Below are positions 36,874-50,539 of a stretch of DNA of 64,000 bases, one piece after another (within the stretch, counting starts at the first letter, position 1; each line of letters begins with the position of its first letter). The translations under genes were made by a program, and so were the position numbers. The notes under the pieces were generated by a model. That model did not search any database, was not told the origin of the DNA, and was given only the letters and a program-made list of their open reading frames with translations. This stretch comes from Mobula hypostoma. Its lineage: Eukaryota. The stretch covers positions 19,282,001 through 19,346,000 of the forward strand of contig NC_086120.1 of NCBI RefSeq assembly GCF_963921235.1. The letters are read 5' to 3'.

Positions 36874-37641
36874 TGTCACGTGACCAGCAACAATGAATAT
36901 AGAATTGAGTCAGGTTTTATAAACAAACATAAACATTAATTAAACTCTGCTCAACAATAGTGAAAAGCATTTAAACGACTAACTTAACCGGAAGTTAACT
37001 GTTATACGGCAACTCTGGAACAGTTCTTAAACTGGGAAATTTGAACACAGTCTTAAAGTGGTAAATTTGAAAGTCCGAGTGATTTACACAGTCAATAAGG
37101 AGAGACTTCTCTGGAAACGGAGTTCTTCAAAGACATGATGTTACTTCAGATTCTGTCCAAAGGATTCACGACGAAGGAAATAAAATGGCTTAAAGGAACT
37201 GACCTTTCCCCTGGCATATGAACACTGCACAAACCTTCCTGATCTTACAAGGGTTATCTCAGATGCAAGCCTCAATTTCTGAACAAAGATTCAATAAGGT
37301 CGACCCTGTATTAAACCACCGAACGACACCAACTTTATTCAATCCTTCAGGTTCCCGTACTTTAGTAAGGTCTTCACTCTCCAATACTAGACTTACAATA
37401 GAAAGTAAAACTCCACTTTAAAACAAAACTGCGTCATGAGACGAATACATAGCATAACAAAGTAACCAACGAATTAAACAACGAATCAGCTGTGTAACAA
37501 CAGGGGTTTCCCGTTATATACCTGTTGAGAACATTCATCACGTGACCTCACACTGGCGGGAAAATTACATCACCCCACCATCACAAGACCATTACATCAT
37601 GGTCATAAGACAGCCACAAGATACCCACGAGGTATGTAACA
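36874..37641 (-). mobile_element. Solo LTR (Gypsy-like, 4-bp TSD)
   Basis: TG...CA termini, TSD tatt/tatt; reverse complement aligns along the length of 49530-50381. Confidence 0.88.
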
Positions 37642-37879
37642 TATTTCAGTATGAATGCCATTCCTGCCAATGCCCCCATGAACAAATGCATCTACAAATT
37701 TAGACTGTTGAGGATAAAGTCAGATAGACTTACACTGATGCTGGCTCAGTCACCATCTGCCACAGACTCTGTCTGCAGCTATGTGTTTCAGGACTTGGTC
37801 AGCCGTAGTGTGACCGAACCCTTCTTAGTGACAGAAGTCCCCACACTCATTGCATTCAATGACCTCCTTGTTCCTCTTC

Positions 37880-38395
37880 AGAGTATTGGTGTCATAAAAG
37901 CAAAGGGACGTACAATACAGAATATATTCAGAAACAAGTCCTTTAGCCCATTGTGTTCATGCTATTCATCAAATACCCATTTACATTAGTCCCAGTTTTC
38001 TGGCCTTCAGTATCATGGCATTTCAAATGTTCACCTATACATCATAGCCATGAAAGCCCACCTCCATCAACACCTCAGAAGTGGGCTCTAGACATCTCAG
38101 GTCAAAAATTCTTCCCCAAGTCACCAGCATAAAGGTATTAGTTTATACCTTTGTGGTTAAAGACATTTCTGTTAAGAGGGAAGGTTTCTCTTTGTCTACA
38201 CCATCTTTGACTCTCAGAATTTTGCATATCTCATTCAGATCCTTCTTCAACCTTCTCCAGACAGTCATACAACATGGAATTAGGCCCTTCAGCTCAACTG
38301 GTCCATGTAGACCAAGATACTCATCTAAACTAGTGGCATTTATCCATATCTCTTTAAATCTTGCCTATCCATGTATCTGTCCAAGTGCTGTTTCA
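37880..38395 (-). mobile_element. Degenerate CR1 fragments
   Basis: Minus-strand KILRVKDGVDKEKPSL-like remnant and CR1-type 3' UTR pieces. Confidence 0.55.
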
Positions 38396-39935
38396 ATGTC
38401 AGAATCAGAATCAGGTTTATTATCACCAGCAATGTGACATGACATCTGTTAACTTAGCAGCAGCAGTTCCATGCAATACATAAACTAGCAGAGAGAGAAA
38501 AAAATAAATAAAAACAAAAACATAATAAATAAACAAGTAAATCAATTATGTATATTGAATAGATTTTTTTTAAATGTGCAAACCTACTACAGCTTCTTTC
38601 GGACCTGTGCAGTAGCCCCTCCATACCAGACAGTGATGCAGCCTGTCAGAATGCTCTCCACAGTACAACTAGAGAAGTTTTTGAGTGTATTTGTTGACAT
38701 GCCAAATCTCTTCAAACTCCTAATAAAGTATAGCCGCTGTCTTGCCTTCTTTATGACTACGTCAATATGTTGGGACCAGGTAAGATCCTCAGAGATCTTG
38801 ACATCCAGGAACTTGAAGCTGCTCACTCTCTCCACTTCTGATCCCTCAATGAGGATTGGTATGTGTTCCTTCGTCTTGCCCTTCCTGAAGTCCACAATCA
38901 GCTCATTCGTCTTACTAACGTTGAGTGCCAGGTTGTTGCTGTGGCACCATTCCACTAGATGGCACATCTCACTCCTGTACGCCCTCTCGTCACCACCTGA
39001 GATTCTACCAACAATGGTTGTATGGTCAGCAAATTTGTAGATGGTATTTGATCTATACCTAGCCACACAGTCATGCATATACAGAGAGCAGAGCAGTGGG
39101 CTAAGCACACACCCGAGATGCGCCAGTGGTGACAGCCAGCAAGGAGGATATGTTATCACCAATTCACACAGACTGTGGTCTTCCGGTTAGGAAGTGGAGG
39201 ATCCAGTTGCAGAGGGAGGTGCAGAGGCCCAGGTTCTGCAACTTCTCAATCAGGATTGTGGGAATGATGGTATTAAATGCTAAGCTATAGTCAATGAACT
39301 GCATCCTGACGTAGGTATTTGTGTTGTCTAGGTGATCAAAAGCCGCGTGGAGAGCCATTGAGATTGTGTCTGCCGTTGACCAATTGTGGTGCTAGGCAAA
39401 TTGCAATGGGTCCAGGTCCTTGCTGAGGCAGGAGTTCCTCAGAAGCAACCTCTCAAAGCATTTCATCACTGTCAATGTGAGTGCTACCAGGCGATAGTCA
39501 TAATTATTGCCTTTTTGAAGCAAGTGGGAACTTCTGCCCGTAGTCGAGAGGTTGAAAATGTCCTTGAATACTACCGCTAGTTGGTTGGCACAGGTTTTCA
39601 GAGCCTTACCAGGTACTCCATCAGGACCTTCTGCCTGGCGAGGGTTCATTCACTTTTAAGACAGACTAATATCGGCCTCTGAGACAGATCACGGGGTCAT
39701 CAGGTGCAGCAGGGATCTTCACAGCTGTAGTTGTGTTCTCCCTTTCAAAGCATGTATAGAAGGCGTTGAGTTCATCTGGTAGTGAAGCATCACTGCCATT
39801 CATACTATTGGGTTTGGCTTTGTAGGAAGTAATGTCATGCAGACCCTGCCAGAGTTACCGTGCATCTGATATCGTCTCCAACCTTGTTCGAAATTGTCTC
39901 TTCACCCTTGAAATATCCCTCTGCAAATCATACCT
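38395..39935 (-). mobile_element. Rex1/Babar-clade LINE, 5'-truncated RT region
   Basis: Minus ORFs [42 protein letters not shown]; (ctgatt)n tail at 38395-38415. Confidence 0.9.
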
Positions 39936-40139
39936 GGTTTTCTGGTACAGGCCTGGGTTGCCAGACTTGAATGCCACAGATCTGGCCTTCAGCAGACGAC
40001 GTACCTCCTGGTTCATCCACAGCTCTTGCTAATGTACCTGCCTCAGCCACTTTGCCTGGCAGCATGTATTCTATATGGACCATCTTCTGGGAGAAAAGGT
40101 TGCCCTTCCAGTTTCTATTAAATCTCTCAATTTTCACAA

Positions 40140-40800
40140 TAAACCTATGCCCTCTAATTCTTGCTCCCAAGCCCTTAATAGTCTTCAGGGTAGCAGCTGT
40201 CCTTGAACCTGGTGGTATGTGCTTTCAGGCTTTTTGTAATTTCTGCCTGAAAGAAGAGCGGAGAGATGTCCAGGATGTGTCGGGTCTTTGATAATGTTTG
40301 TTGCTTTGCAGAAGCAGTGAAAAGAATAGAAAGAGTTTATGGGTGGGGAGCTGATTTCCTTGACATGCTGAGCTGCGTCCAAAACTCTGCAGTTTCTTGC
40401 AGTCACGTACACAGCAGCTGCCATGCCAAGCAGCAACGCATCCAGATAGGATATTTTCCATGGCACATCGATAAATATTGCCAAGGGTCAACAGGGACAT
40501 ACTAAATTTCTTTAGCTTCCTGGAGGAGTAGAGGGTTTGGTGCACTTTCTCGGCCATGGTGTTTACATGATTGGACCAGAACAGGCTTTTAGGTATTTGA
40601 AGGTCTCATCATTCTGAACCTCAGCACTGTTGATGTAGACAGAAACACGTTCACTACCCCTTTTCTGAAATTAATTTTGTTTTGTTGACATTGAAGAAAG
40701 GTTGTTGTCATGACACCATGTTACTAAGCTCTCTACCTCCTTCCTGTACAGCCCACTATGGTGGTATCATCTGCAAACTTGCCAATGGAATTAGAGCAGA
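40140..40800 (-). mobile_element. Rex1/Babar-clade LINE fragment
   Basis: Minus ORF LYSSRKLKKFSMSLLTLGNIYRCAMENILSGCVAAWHGSC. Confidence 0.8.
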
Positions 40801-43279
40801 ATCAGGTTACTGAGTCATGAGTGGACAGAGGCAAAAGTAGGGTGGTGAGGAGGCAACCTTCCTGCAACTTGTTCAACTTTGAGCAGACCAACAGGACTTC
40901 ACAAGATCTCACATAAATAATGAGGGTTGTAGCCTGTCTTGACAATGGGACATCTGTAGCCTGAGATTGTTTTGGAAGTGTCCAAGGACAAAACTGTAAC
41001 ATCTGATTTTGTTTATTGCAATGTTATTCAACCACTGCTTGACTAACCTGTGGATATCCCCAGTAATATTCACATTACTGGGATAGATTTTTATGCAGTC
41101 AAATCCATTGCCTAGGTTGATATCAATCAGTCCAATTACTTTTTGTCTTATCTCCTGATTTTCTCAGGTTTACTGAGTGACACTGTGCTCTGTTGCTGGA
41201 ATCTACATTAAGTATAGCAGTGAAGTCCAGTATTGCTGAGAATTTGCTTCTCCAATTCCTTACCACACCTAACTAAATGATTTACTGGGTCATTTAAGAG
41301 GGCATTGCTGTGGATTTGGATAGTATAATCTAAAATGTAACAAAATATAAATTTGAATGTGGCCTTTTGTATATTAATACATTCTTTTCAAAAGGACCCA
41401 AATAAGCAAACTGTTAAGATGTTTTAGAGAGGAATGTCCTAGCTTTTTGTCTGTCCTGGCAGCTCTTGCTTAAAAGTAGGACTAACAAAGTAAGTTTCTC
41501 TTCTAACATACAATGGACCAATGTTCACCACCAAGGAAACAGACCCCTGATGAATAACCCATGCTCATTTTCTTCCCAACTGGGCAGCCTAACACTTTGC
41601 TTTTTGAGAAATGACATCAAAGCATAGACTTCACCATCTTACCAATGCAATTTAAATAATGTTTATGAAAATACTTGTTCCTAAAGCCAACTTTCCCTCA
41701 CTCCCCAAACTATTTCAGTGAACAAAAAAATCCAAGAATTTCATGTGAATATAAAATGAATGTAGAATTGAGCAGTTGTTTGGTGAACACTGTAGACATA
41801 TAATTTGTGAAGTAAAAACCAAAAATCAATACTTCATGACCTAGATGTTAATATTAAATATAATCCTCAAAAGATTGGTGGCAGCAAGGGGAAGGGTAAG
41901 TTTACAATGATGTATCACTGTGCTCTCTATGTCTTGATGTACATAACTTTGAATGGTACTGGTGAAATTTAGATTTTAAGAAAGATAGAATCTGTTTCAA
42001 GAATCCTAATAAAATATCTAATACTTAAAATTTCTAAATAAACTGCCCCCAAAAATGCTGATTTTATGAATAGTGATTTATATAGATTAGGTATTCATTG
42101 CCTTACTAGCTAAATTAGCGGAGGCGCTTTAGTTTGATTTTTTTTAATGTTACTTACTTTTCCCTCTCAGTTTTCTACATCTCAACATCTAGTACATTAC
42201 GTACACATGAGCAGTTAACACTATTAAATACTGATTCAATCAGATTGAAAGGACTTTTAAAACATTCAGTTCTTTTAACAAGTTCTGATGAGAGAACAGT
42301 GCGATGAAAAAATAAATTTTTTCCTCCACAAATCTACCTGATCCAAGTATTTTCAGCTTTATATATATTCACTTCTCACTTCCATCATTTGCCTTTTGTA
42401 TTATTGTGGCAGCTTCAGGAGCTTGACAAAAGTAACATGAAACATCATAAATACTTAAACAGTACAGTCTGAATCAATTAAATGATCTTATCACAGGCCA
42501 TGTTAATTACTGAAGGTGGCACATTGGGTTAGGAAGATGGCTCACTAAATTTCAGATGACTATTGGAAAATGTCTTGAACCCAAGTTTATACAAGTTCAG
42601 CTGTGAAGACCATCCCTACAGTAAAATGGAGGAGCATTTGGCAAAGATATGAATAGGAAGCCAAAGAAAATAGGAGCAATCTGGCAAAAATTGGTGTTGT
42701 TTTCCATTCATATTAAATCTATTTTTTAATTTTCTGCAATGAGATAAACTAAAATCATTCCAATGCATGGAATAAAAATTACATGATCAGTTGCTACATT
42801 TAAGATTTTCACCTTCTTGATGTAGAAAGGCTAGAAATGCTTCACTGGGATGTGTCAAATGTAAACAGAACCCATGTGCTGGCCTGGAAAGGGTCCAGAG
42901 GTTGTTCACAAGAATAACTTCAGGAATGAAAGAATGAATATATGAAAAGCGCTTTATATTTCTGGGCCTGTACTCAGTGAAGCTCAGAACGATGAAGGTG
43001 ATCTCATTGAAACTTATCAGATACTAAAATGCCAGGATAAAGTGGGGATAGAATGGATGGTTCCCAAGATCCGAGGGTAAGAGTTTCCATAATCTCTGGT
43101 TTACATGCATTCTCGACAGCAGAATAATATGCCTTTTAATTTTCACATGATGAGATTATTAATCATTTTGTCTCACGACTAGAGAAGTGTGAGGAAGATT
43201 AAACTTGCAATAACATATTCTGGTTAAGCCTCACTTCATGCGATTATATACATGATTCTGGATGATGCAGGTGAACTTT

Positions 43280-45740
43280 CAAATTTCAAAGAAAATTTAT
43301 TATCCAAGTACATATATGTCAAAATATACAGCCCTGGATTCATTTTCTTATGGGCATTCACAGTGAATAAAAGAAGCACAATATAATCAATGAAAAACCA
43401 CACACAACAAGATAGACAAACCACCAATGCGCAAAAGACAACAAAATGCAAGTACTGTACAAAAAGAACAAAAAACAAAAAATAAATATATAAGCAATAA
43501 ATATCAAGAACAGGACATGAAATGAGGCCATAGATTATGGGAACACTTCAGTGTTGAGGTGAGTGAAGTCATCTCCTCTGGTTCAAAAGCCTAATGGTAG
43601 AGAGGTAGTAAATGTTCCTGAATTTCATGGTGTGGGTCCTAAGGCTCTTGTACCTCCTTCTGAATAGCATCAGTGAGAACAGAACATGGCCGAGATGGTG
43701 GGGATCTCAAATGACAGATGGTGCTTTCCTGCAACAGCGGTTCTTGTTGGGTGTGAAGTGATGGAGTGGGCCATATACACTACTTTCTGTAGGCTTTGAT
43801 CCAGTCTGTAATGCAATCCATTTTCCTCCTCCTGTAGTCAATAATCAACTCTTTCGTTTTGTTGACATTGAGTGATAGATTGTTGCTGTTGCACCATTCA
43901 GCAAGATTTTCAATATCCCTCCTATATGCTGATTCATTACCACCTTTGATTCGGCCAACGATAGCGGTGTTGCCCGCAAACCTAAATGTGACAATAGAGC
44001 TGTGCCTTAAGTGTAAAGTGAGTAGAGCAGAGGGCTAACCACACAGCCTTGTGGTACACCAGTGCTAGTAATGATTGTGAAAGAGATGCTGTTACCAATT
44101 GAACTGATGGGGTCTGCAAGTGAGGAAACTGTGGTTCCAGTTGCAAAAGGAGGTATTGAGGCCTAGGTCTTGGAGTTTATTGATTAGATTTGAAAGGATA
44201 ATATTATTGAATGCAGAGCTGTAGACAACAAAGAACATCCTGATGCATGCATCGTCACTGCCTAGATGTTCCAGGGTTGAGTGAAGAACAATGAAATGGT
44301 ACCTGCTGTGGACCTGTTGTGACGGTAAGCAAACTGGAATGAATCCAAGTCACTGTTCAGGCAGGAGTTGGTATGTTTCATCACCAACCTCTCAAAGCAC
44401 TTCATCACAGTGGAGGTAAGTGCTACTGGATGATAATCACTGAGGCAGATTACCACTTTATTCTTGGGCACTGGCATAACTGAAGCCTGCTTGAAGTCAG
44501 TGGGTAACTCAAGCTTCTAAGAAGCAAGAGGTTAAAAGTTATCAGTAAACTGAACACCCTAGCCAATTGATCAGCACAAGTCTTCAGTATCTGGCCAGGT
44601 TTCCTAACTGGGCCAGATGATTTCTGTGAGTTCACGCTTCTGAAGGATGCTCTCATGTTGGCCTCAGAGACTGAAATCACAGGGTTGTTGAAGGTTGTGG
44701 GAGTTTGTGAAGGTGCCTCCATATTTTTTCAGTCAAAAGGGTGGTATGGCCGTGTAGTGGTTAGCACAACACTTTACAGTACCAGCCACTGAGATTCAAT
44801 TCCTGCTGCTGCCTTTAAAGACTGTACATTCTGTTCATGATCGCTTGGTAGATGAATTGGTCCGTGTAAATTGTCTCATGATTAGGCTAGGATTATATCA
44901 GGGGTTGCTAGGCGGCACAGTTCAAAGGGCCTGTTCTGTGCAGTATCTCAATTTAAAAAAAGTGAGTATAAAAGGGTGCAAAATCTTGTTGTCACATATG
45001 TCACTTGGTTTTACACTGTAGGAGGTGATAGCATTCAAACCCTACCACAGCTGTTGAGCATCCTTCTGTGATTCTAGTTTGGTCCATAATAGCCACTTCA
45101 CATGCGAGATGGCTTTCCGGAGGTTGCATCTGAACGACTTTTATTTTACTTGGTCACCAGACTTGAACGCCACTGATCTGGTCCTCAGCAGATTATGGAT
45201 CTCTTGGTTCATCCAGGGCTTCTGATTGGGGAAGACACTGAATGACCTTGTGGGGACACTCATCTACAACAGACTCTATAAAGTCTGTGATAGCCATGGT
45301 TTATTTAGTCATATCCTCTGATGAATCTTTGAACATGGTCCAGTCCATTGACTCGAAGCAGTTGCCACTTCTCTGCCTCCCGCAACTACCTTTTTGTTGT
45401 CCTTACTTGCTCTATAACCTCTGCCTGTACGCAGGTAGGGGAGGACAGCCAGATGATCGTATTTTCCAAAATATAGTCTAGACATGGAACAGTAGGCATT
45501 CCTTTCATTAGTGTAGCAGTGGTCAACTGTGTTGGGACTCCTGGTACTGCAGGATAATTAGGCAGAGATTTCTTCAAGCAAGCCCCCAGCAATGATCTGA
45601 AAGGCTTCAGTGTAGGCTGTTTCTTGTTTGCAGATCGCAGCACTTAGTACGTTTACAGCTTTCCTTTGGTGGTTTGTAAACTGCAGTCCGGATCAGCGAG
45701 AACTCTCTCGGTAAGTAGAATAGATGGCACTTAATCATTA
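43280..45740 (-). mobile_element. Rex1/Babar-clade LINE (EN and RT remnants), interrupted by a SINE
   Basis: Minus ORFs DYHPVALTSTVMKCFERLVMKH and ICKQETAYTEA-like endonuclease remnant. Confidence 0.8.
44737..44955 (+). mobile_element. HE1/V-type SINE inserted in a Rex LINE
   Basis: gtggttagcacaacactttacagtacc...gattcaattcc...gggcctgttctgtgcagtatctc. Confidence 0.8.
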
Positions 45741-46134
45741 GATGCTCCTTTATTTAAGATCTTTAGATTCTAAGGGACACACAAGCTGTTGTGAGCTAAC
45801 TACTGGTTAAGTATCAAACAAATACCTAAAAGTATCTAATGCCGGAATTAACTCCCGCATCAATAAAAAAACAAGTTAAAATATGGAAGAATTAATAGGT
45901 AGTAAGTATTATTAGTACATAGTTAGAACTAAACCAAAGTCTTATTGTCCTCTTATTCCCGGATATTAATTTATACAAGCTTTAGCATACCTGACTAACC
46001 AACTGAAATTTTCTACTATCGAAAGGAGAAAATTCCCAATTGAACTGTATGTTCAGGATGAACCTTCTTCTATCCAAGTAAAATCAGTAGTAATGAGTTT
46101 AATCTATCACATTCCCTGGTTAACTATGAATAAC

Positions 46135-46318
46135 AGCATCAGAATCAGATTTGATATTTCCGACATAAGTCGGGAAATTTGTTAACTTTATGGCAGCGGT
46201 AACATGCAATACACAATAAATATAGAGAAAAAACTGAATTACATTAAGTATATATATATATGTCTATTAAATAGTTCAGTTAAAACAAGTAGTGGGGAAA
46301 AAACAGAAAATGAAAAAG
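46135..46318 (-). mobile_element. Rex1/Babar-clade 3' UTR stub
   Basis: catcagaatcagatttgatatt...gaaatttgttaac matches the reverse of the family 3' tail seen at 38395 and 61930. Confidence 0.7.
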
Positions 46319-46960
46319 CACATGTTTTGGTCTTGTTCTATACTGGAACAGTTCTGGAAGTCAGTTTTTTCAACAATTTCTAAAGCACTTAAAATTAATT
46401 TACAACCTAACAAATTAACTGTGCTTTTTGGAATAATTCCTCAAAATATCCGTGGTATTTCTTTGTCTGACCAACACGTTATTGCATTTGTTACATTGAT
46501 AGGCTAGGAAGGCCATTTTGTTGAAGTGGAAGGATACATTGGCTCCCACTTTGTCACAATGGCTCTCTCAAGTGATGCTATGTCTTAGTTTGGAGAAAGT
46601 TAGAAGTCGAACCTTTGAACCTATGTTTGATTTTGAGAAAAGATGGGGTTCATTTGCTAGTTATTATCATTTGAGTTAATTGATAGATTTCCTCCACGAT
46701 CTAATTGTAAATTTTTGGTACAATTCTTATTTTTGCTGGCGGTTTGACGTTTATCTTTAGAAGCTTTTGTATGACGCATGGCTCCGGGGTTGAACACCTA
46801 ATGGTTTTTTTTCCTCACTTTTTCTTGCTCAGTAGGGCTTTTTCCATCACCAAAAATTTTTTTAATTTTTATAATAATGTTTTTTTTCCTTGAGACATTG
46901 TACTCTTGTAAATTTTAGATAATAATAATTTAAAAAAAGATTTGAAAAGAAAGAAAGGAA
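46319..46960 (+). mobile_element. L1/Tx1-clade LINE ORF2 C-terminus and 3' end
   Basis: HMFWSCSILEQFWKSVFSTISKAL...RKAILLKWKD...WLSQVMLCLSLEK; A-rich tail near 46920-46960. Confidence 0.85.
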
Positions 46961-47819
46961 CTGTTATCAGTTCATATCAAAGAAATTCCCAAGTTGTTAT
47001 ATAACAAGACAGTTATCTCTTAAAATATAGAATATATATGGGACAGGATCACCTCTTCTCAGTGAAAATAAAACTAGTCACAACAGGACCTATAGCTCAT
47101 GCACAGATTGCTTTACTTTTCCATCAATAATCACTCCATTAAACTGTCAGCAGTGACCAGACTGTAATATTCAATTAATAAAGTAACATTTAGAGCTTCG
47201 TAAATGAGACATCCAGCCAGGAACAAGAGTGTTTCATCAAGTCCAAAGTAAATTTAACGTACAAATGTCAAGTTACGAATGTCAGAAATAAAATTGATAT
47301 GAAGACATTTTTCAAAGGTGCATTCTTGATTTATTTCATTAAATAAGCAACAGAAAATACAGCAAAGACTTAGCCAGTCAGGCAGCGCCTATGCAGAGAG
47401 AATCAAGTGTTAACATTTCCGGTCAATGATCTTTCACTAACTTATTTCCTTGCTTGACAGAAGTTTCGAAATAGAATTATTCCTTGTTATGAACAGATCA
47501 GTGTTATTTATCCATCCTCAAAAAGACAATGACTTTCTTTTAAAGTTCATTTCCCATTGGAAGGGTACAAAGACATCGTCTCTTTATGAGTCCTGAGTTT
47601 CTTCAGCATTTTGTGGATGTTGCTTGGATTTCCAGCATCTGCAGATCTTCTTTTGACTATGAGTTTGTCTGGTTAATGACAATTATCTCTCCACAAACAC
47701 CATTAAAACAGATTACTTGATCGTTTATCTCTTTTCCATTTGGCTTTGTTGAGACAAATTATGCATAACACTAAATACTTTAGCACCAAACACTTCAGGA
47801 TTTCTACCTGCTTCGAAAG

Positions 47820-48595
47820 GGCGATAAACATACCAAACAACCTTGCACTCAACATCAGTAAGACTGAGGAATTGATTGTGGACTTCAGGAAGGGGAAGTC
47901 GAGGGAACACACTCAACCAGGGGTCAGCAGAGGAAAGGATGAGCAGTTTCAAGATCCTGGCTGTCAGTATCTCTGAAGATCTAAACTAGGCCCAACATAT
48001 TGATGCAATTACAAATAAGGCACAACAGTGGCTAAATTTCATTAGGAGTCTGAGGAAACTTGGCATGACCCCAAAGAGTCTCAAAAATGTCCACAGATGT
48101 CCCGAGAAAAGCTTTCTAAATGGTTGCATCGCCACTTGGTATGGAAGGACAACTGCACAAGATCAGAAAAGGCTGCAGAAAGTTACTGAACTCAGCCAGC
48201 TCCATCACTGGTATTGGCCTCCCCAGCAACGAGGACATCTTCAAAAGAAGATGTCTCACAAAAACTGGCATCCTTCATTAATGACTTCCATCACCCAGGA
48301 CACACCTCTTCTCATTGCTAGCATCAAGGGAGGTACAGGGGGTTAAAGACACCCATTTAAGGAACAGCTTTATTCCATCTGCCATCTAAATGGACAATGA
48401 ACTACTACACTACAATATATTTTTTCTTTTTTATGGCTCTCTTTTTGCACCATGTATTTACTTTAATTTTTAAAATATATTTCTTAATATAATTTATAGT
48501 TTTTTTTTTAAATCCATTGCAAAGTTCTGCTGCTACAAAAAAATAAATTTTGTAACATAAGCCAGTGATACTAAACCTGATTCTGATTCTGGGAT
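47820..48595 (+). mobile_element. Rex1/Babar-clade LINE 3' fragment
   Basis: NNLALNISKTEELIVDFRKGK; tail cctgattctgattctg at about 48576. Confidence 0.85.
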
Positions 48596-49529
48596 ATCCT
48601 GACAATCTGATGTTCTCAATACAACAAGCTTTAGTTCTTTATTGCAAAACCAAACTTTACCAGAATGTCACAGAGTGATGCATTATATAAGGGCATTAAA
48701 TTCCTGAATATTTAACCATATTTTCTGACTGAAGTTCTGACCAATTTAAGTTCATGGTCCAGAATTACCTACACAAATAGAATGTGCGTGGATGCTTTAA
48801 GCAGCCTGTGACTTTAAGTCAGCTTGCTGCTTTGTCCAATTCTGCTGCAATAATGTGCAACAGCTCTCAGTGTTGTGAGCATATAACCAGCATCTCTCAG
48901 CACCCTGTCGGAACGATGGAACACCTGGCATCAAAGGCATCGACATAAAACCCAATCTTTTGTGTCAGAATTAATAATCCCTGTATGTAATGTAGCACAA
49001 CTGACAAGTTATTTCCAACCTGTGCTGGAGAAAGTGAAAGGAGGAGGTTATTTGAGACATTCCTTACAAGGGTGAATAAACAGTCACATGCTCTTTTACA
49101 AATCTTGAGAACTATAAACAAATCGATGCATCAGAAATGACGGTCTACTTCTTGAAATTCCAAGTTCCTCTGTAAAAATTCCAGTTTCTGCTGAGTTAGT
49201 AGTCTAGAGGCACCTGCAACAAAGCAGTTGATCAAAAACTCTTAAAAAATGTCTCGCATGGTAAATTCCTGTGCTTGACTTGGGCTCTCAAAAGAGACAA
49301 TAAGAGGGAAAATAGTAACTGATATAAATTGGCAAGGATTTCCATTGTATGGCGAATGTGTTAAACTGAAAGGAAGCCCAAAATATTAAACAATAATTTG
49401 GCATTTGTTAAAGTTAGAAAGAAAACATAAAAAATAATAGTATTAGGGAGAAATTCTGCAACAATAATACCATTCTAAATATTACTTTTAGCTGACCTTT
49501 TCCTCATCTGTCTCTCAGGATCAATGTGG

Positions 49530-50381
49530 TGTTACATACCTCGTGGGTATCTTGTGACTATCTTACAACCATGATGTAATTGACTGAGCATGATGTAATC
49601 GTCTTGTGGAGGTCACATGATGTAATTTTCCCACCAGTGAGGTCACATGATGACCTGTTCTCAACAGGTATATAAAGGGAAACCCTGTTGTGAAGCAGTT
49701 AGTTTCAGTTTAGTTTTGTGTTAGTTCATCAGTTACTCTGTTATGCTGCGTATTTGTCTCATGACGCAGTTTCGTTTTAAAACGGAGTTTTCCTTTCTAT
49801 TTTAAGGTGCAAAAATTGGTGCTGGCAGTTTCATCAATTGCTGCCAGGTTTGTGTGTTGCATCTATAATTCTTCCTTTACAGTAGTATTGGAGAGTGAAG
49901 ACCTTACTAAAGTAAGGGAACCTGAAGGATCAAATAAAGTTGGAGTTGTTTGGCGGTTTAATAAAGGATCAACCTTATTGAGTCTTCATTCAGAAATAGT
50001 GACATGCATCTGAGATAACTCCTGCAAGAGCAGGGAAGTTTGTGCAGTGTTCAGTCGCCAGTTCCTTTAAGCCATTTTACTTCCTTCGTCGTGAATCCTT
50101 CGGAGAATCAGCAGTAACGTCACGTCTTCAAAGAAATCTGTTTCCAGAGAAGTCTCTCCTTACTGACTGTGTAAACCACTTGGACTTTCGAATTTACCAC
50201 TTTAAGAACTGTTTTCGAATTTACCCTTTTAAGAACTGTTCCAGAGTTGGCGTATAGCAGTTAACTTCCGGTTAAGTTAGTCGTTGGAATACTTTTCTCC
50301 ATTGTTGAGCAGAGTTTAATAAATGTTTTTTTTTATAAAACCTGACTCCAATATATATTCATTGTTGCTGATTACGTCACA
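49530..50381 (+). mobile_element. Solo LTR, same family
   Basis: tgttacatacc ... gtcaca termini; flanks gtgg/gtga; TATA-like gtatataaaggg near 49670 and AATAAA near 50319. Confidence 0.85.
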
Positions 50382-50539
50382 GTGAGAACTGCAGACTATT
50401 CCACAGGTGGGGCAGAGAGTGGCTGGCAGGCAATTAATAAAATGTTCCACTCCTTCCATTAGTTAGACATTGGCTCACGGTTATCTCAATAGACAGCCTA
50501 AGGTTCTCAGCACAATGTTGAATGTTTCTTCTCCAGTTT

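Noticed and set aside
38130-38200. ...NHK G|gt as the end of WDR18 exon 7
   Set aside because: The upstream sequence is CR1-derived and lacks the WD-repeat motif.
41030-41090. GDIHRLVKQW as WDR18 exon 7, and a 9-bp hairpin cccagtaat/attactggg
   Set aside because: No splice sites or extended match; a hairpin this short is expected by chance in 64 kb.
45740-46130. AT-rich stretch as a mitochondrial insertion
   Set aside because: No mitochondrial gene, tRNA or rRNA motif recognisable.
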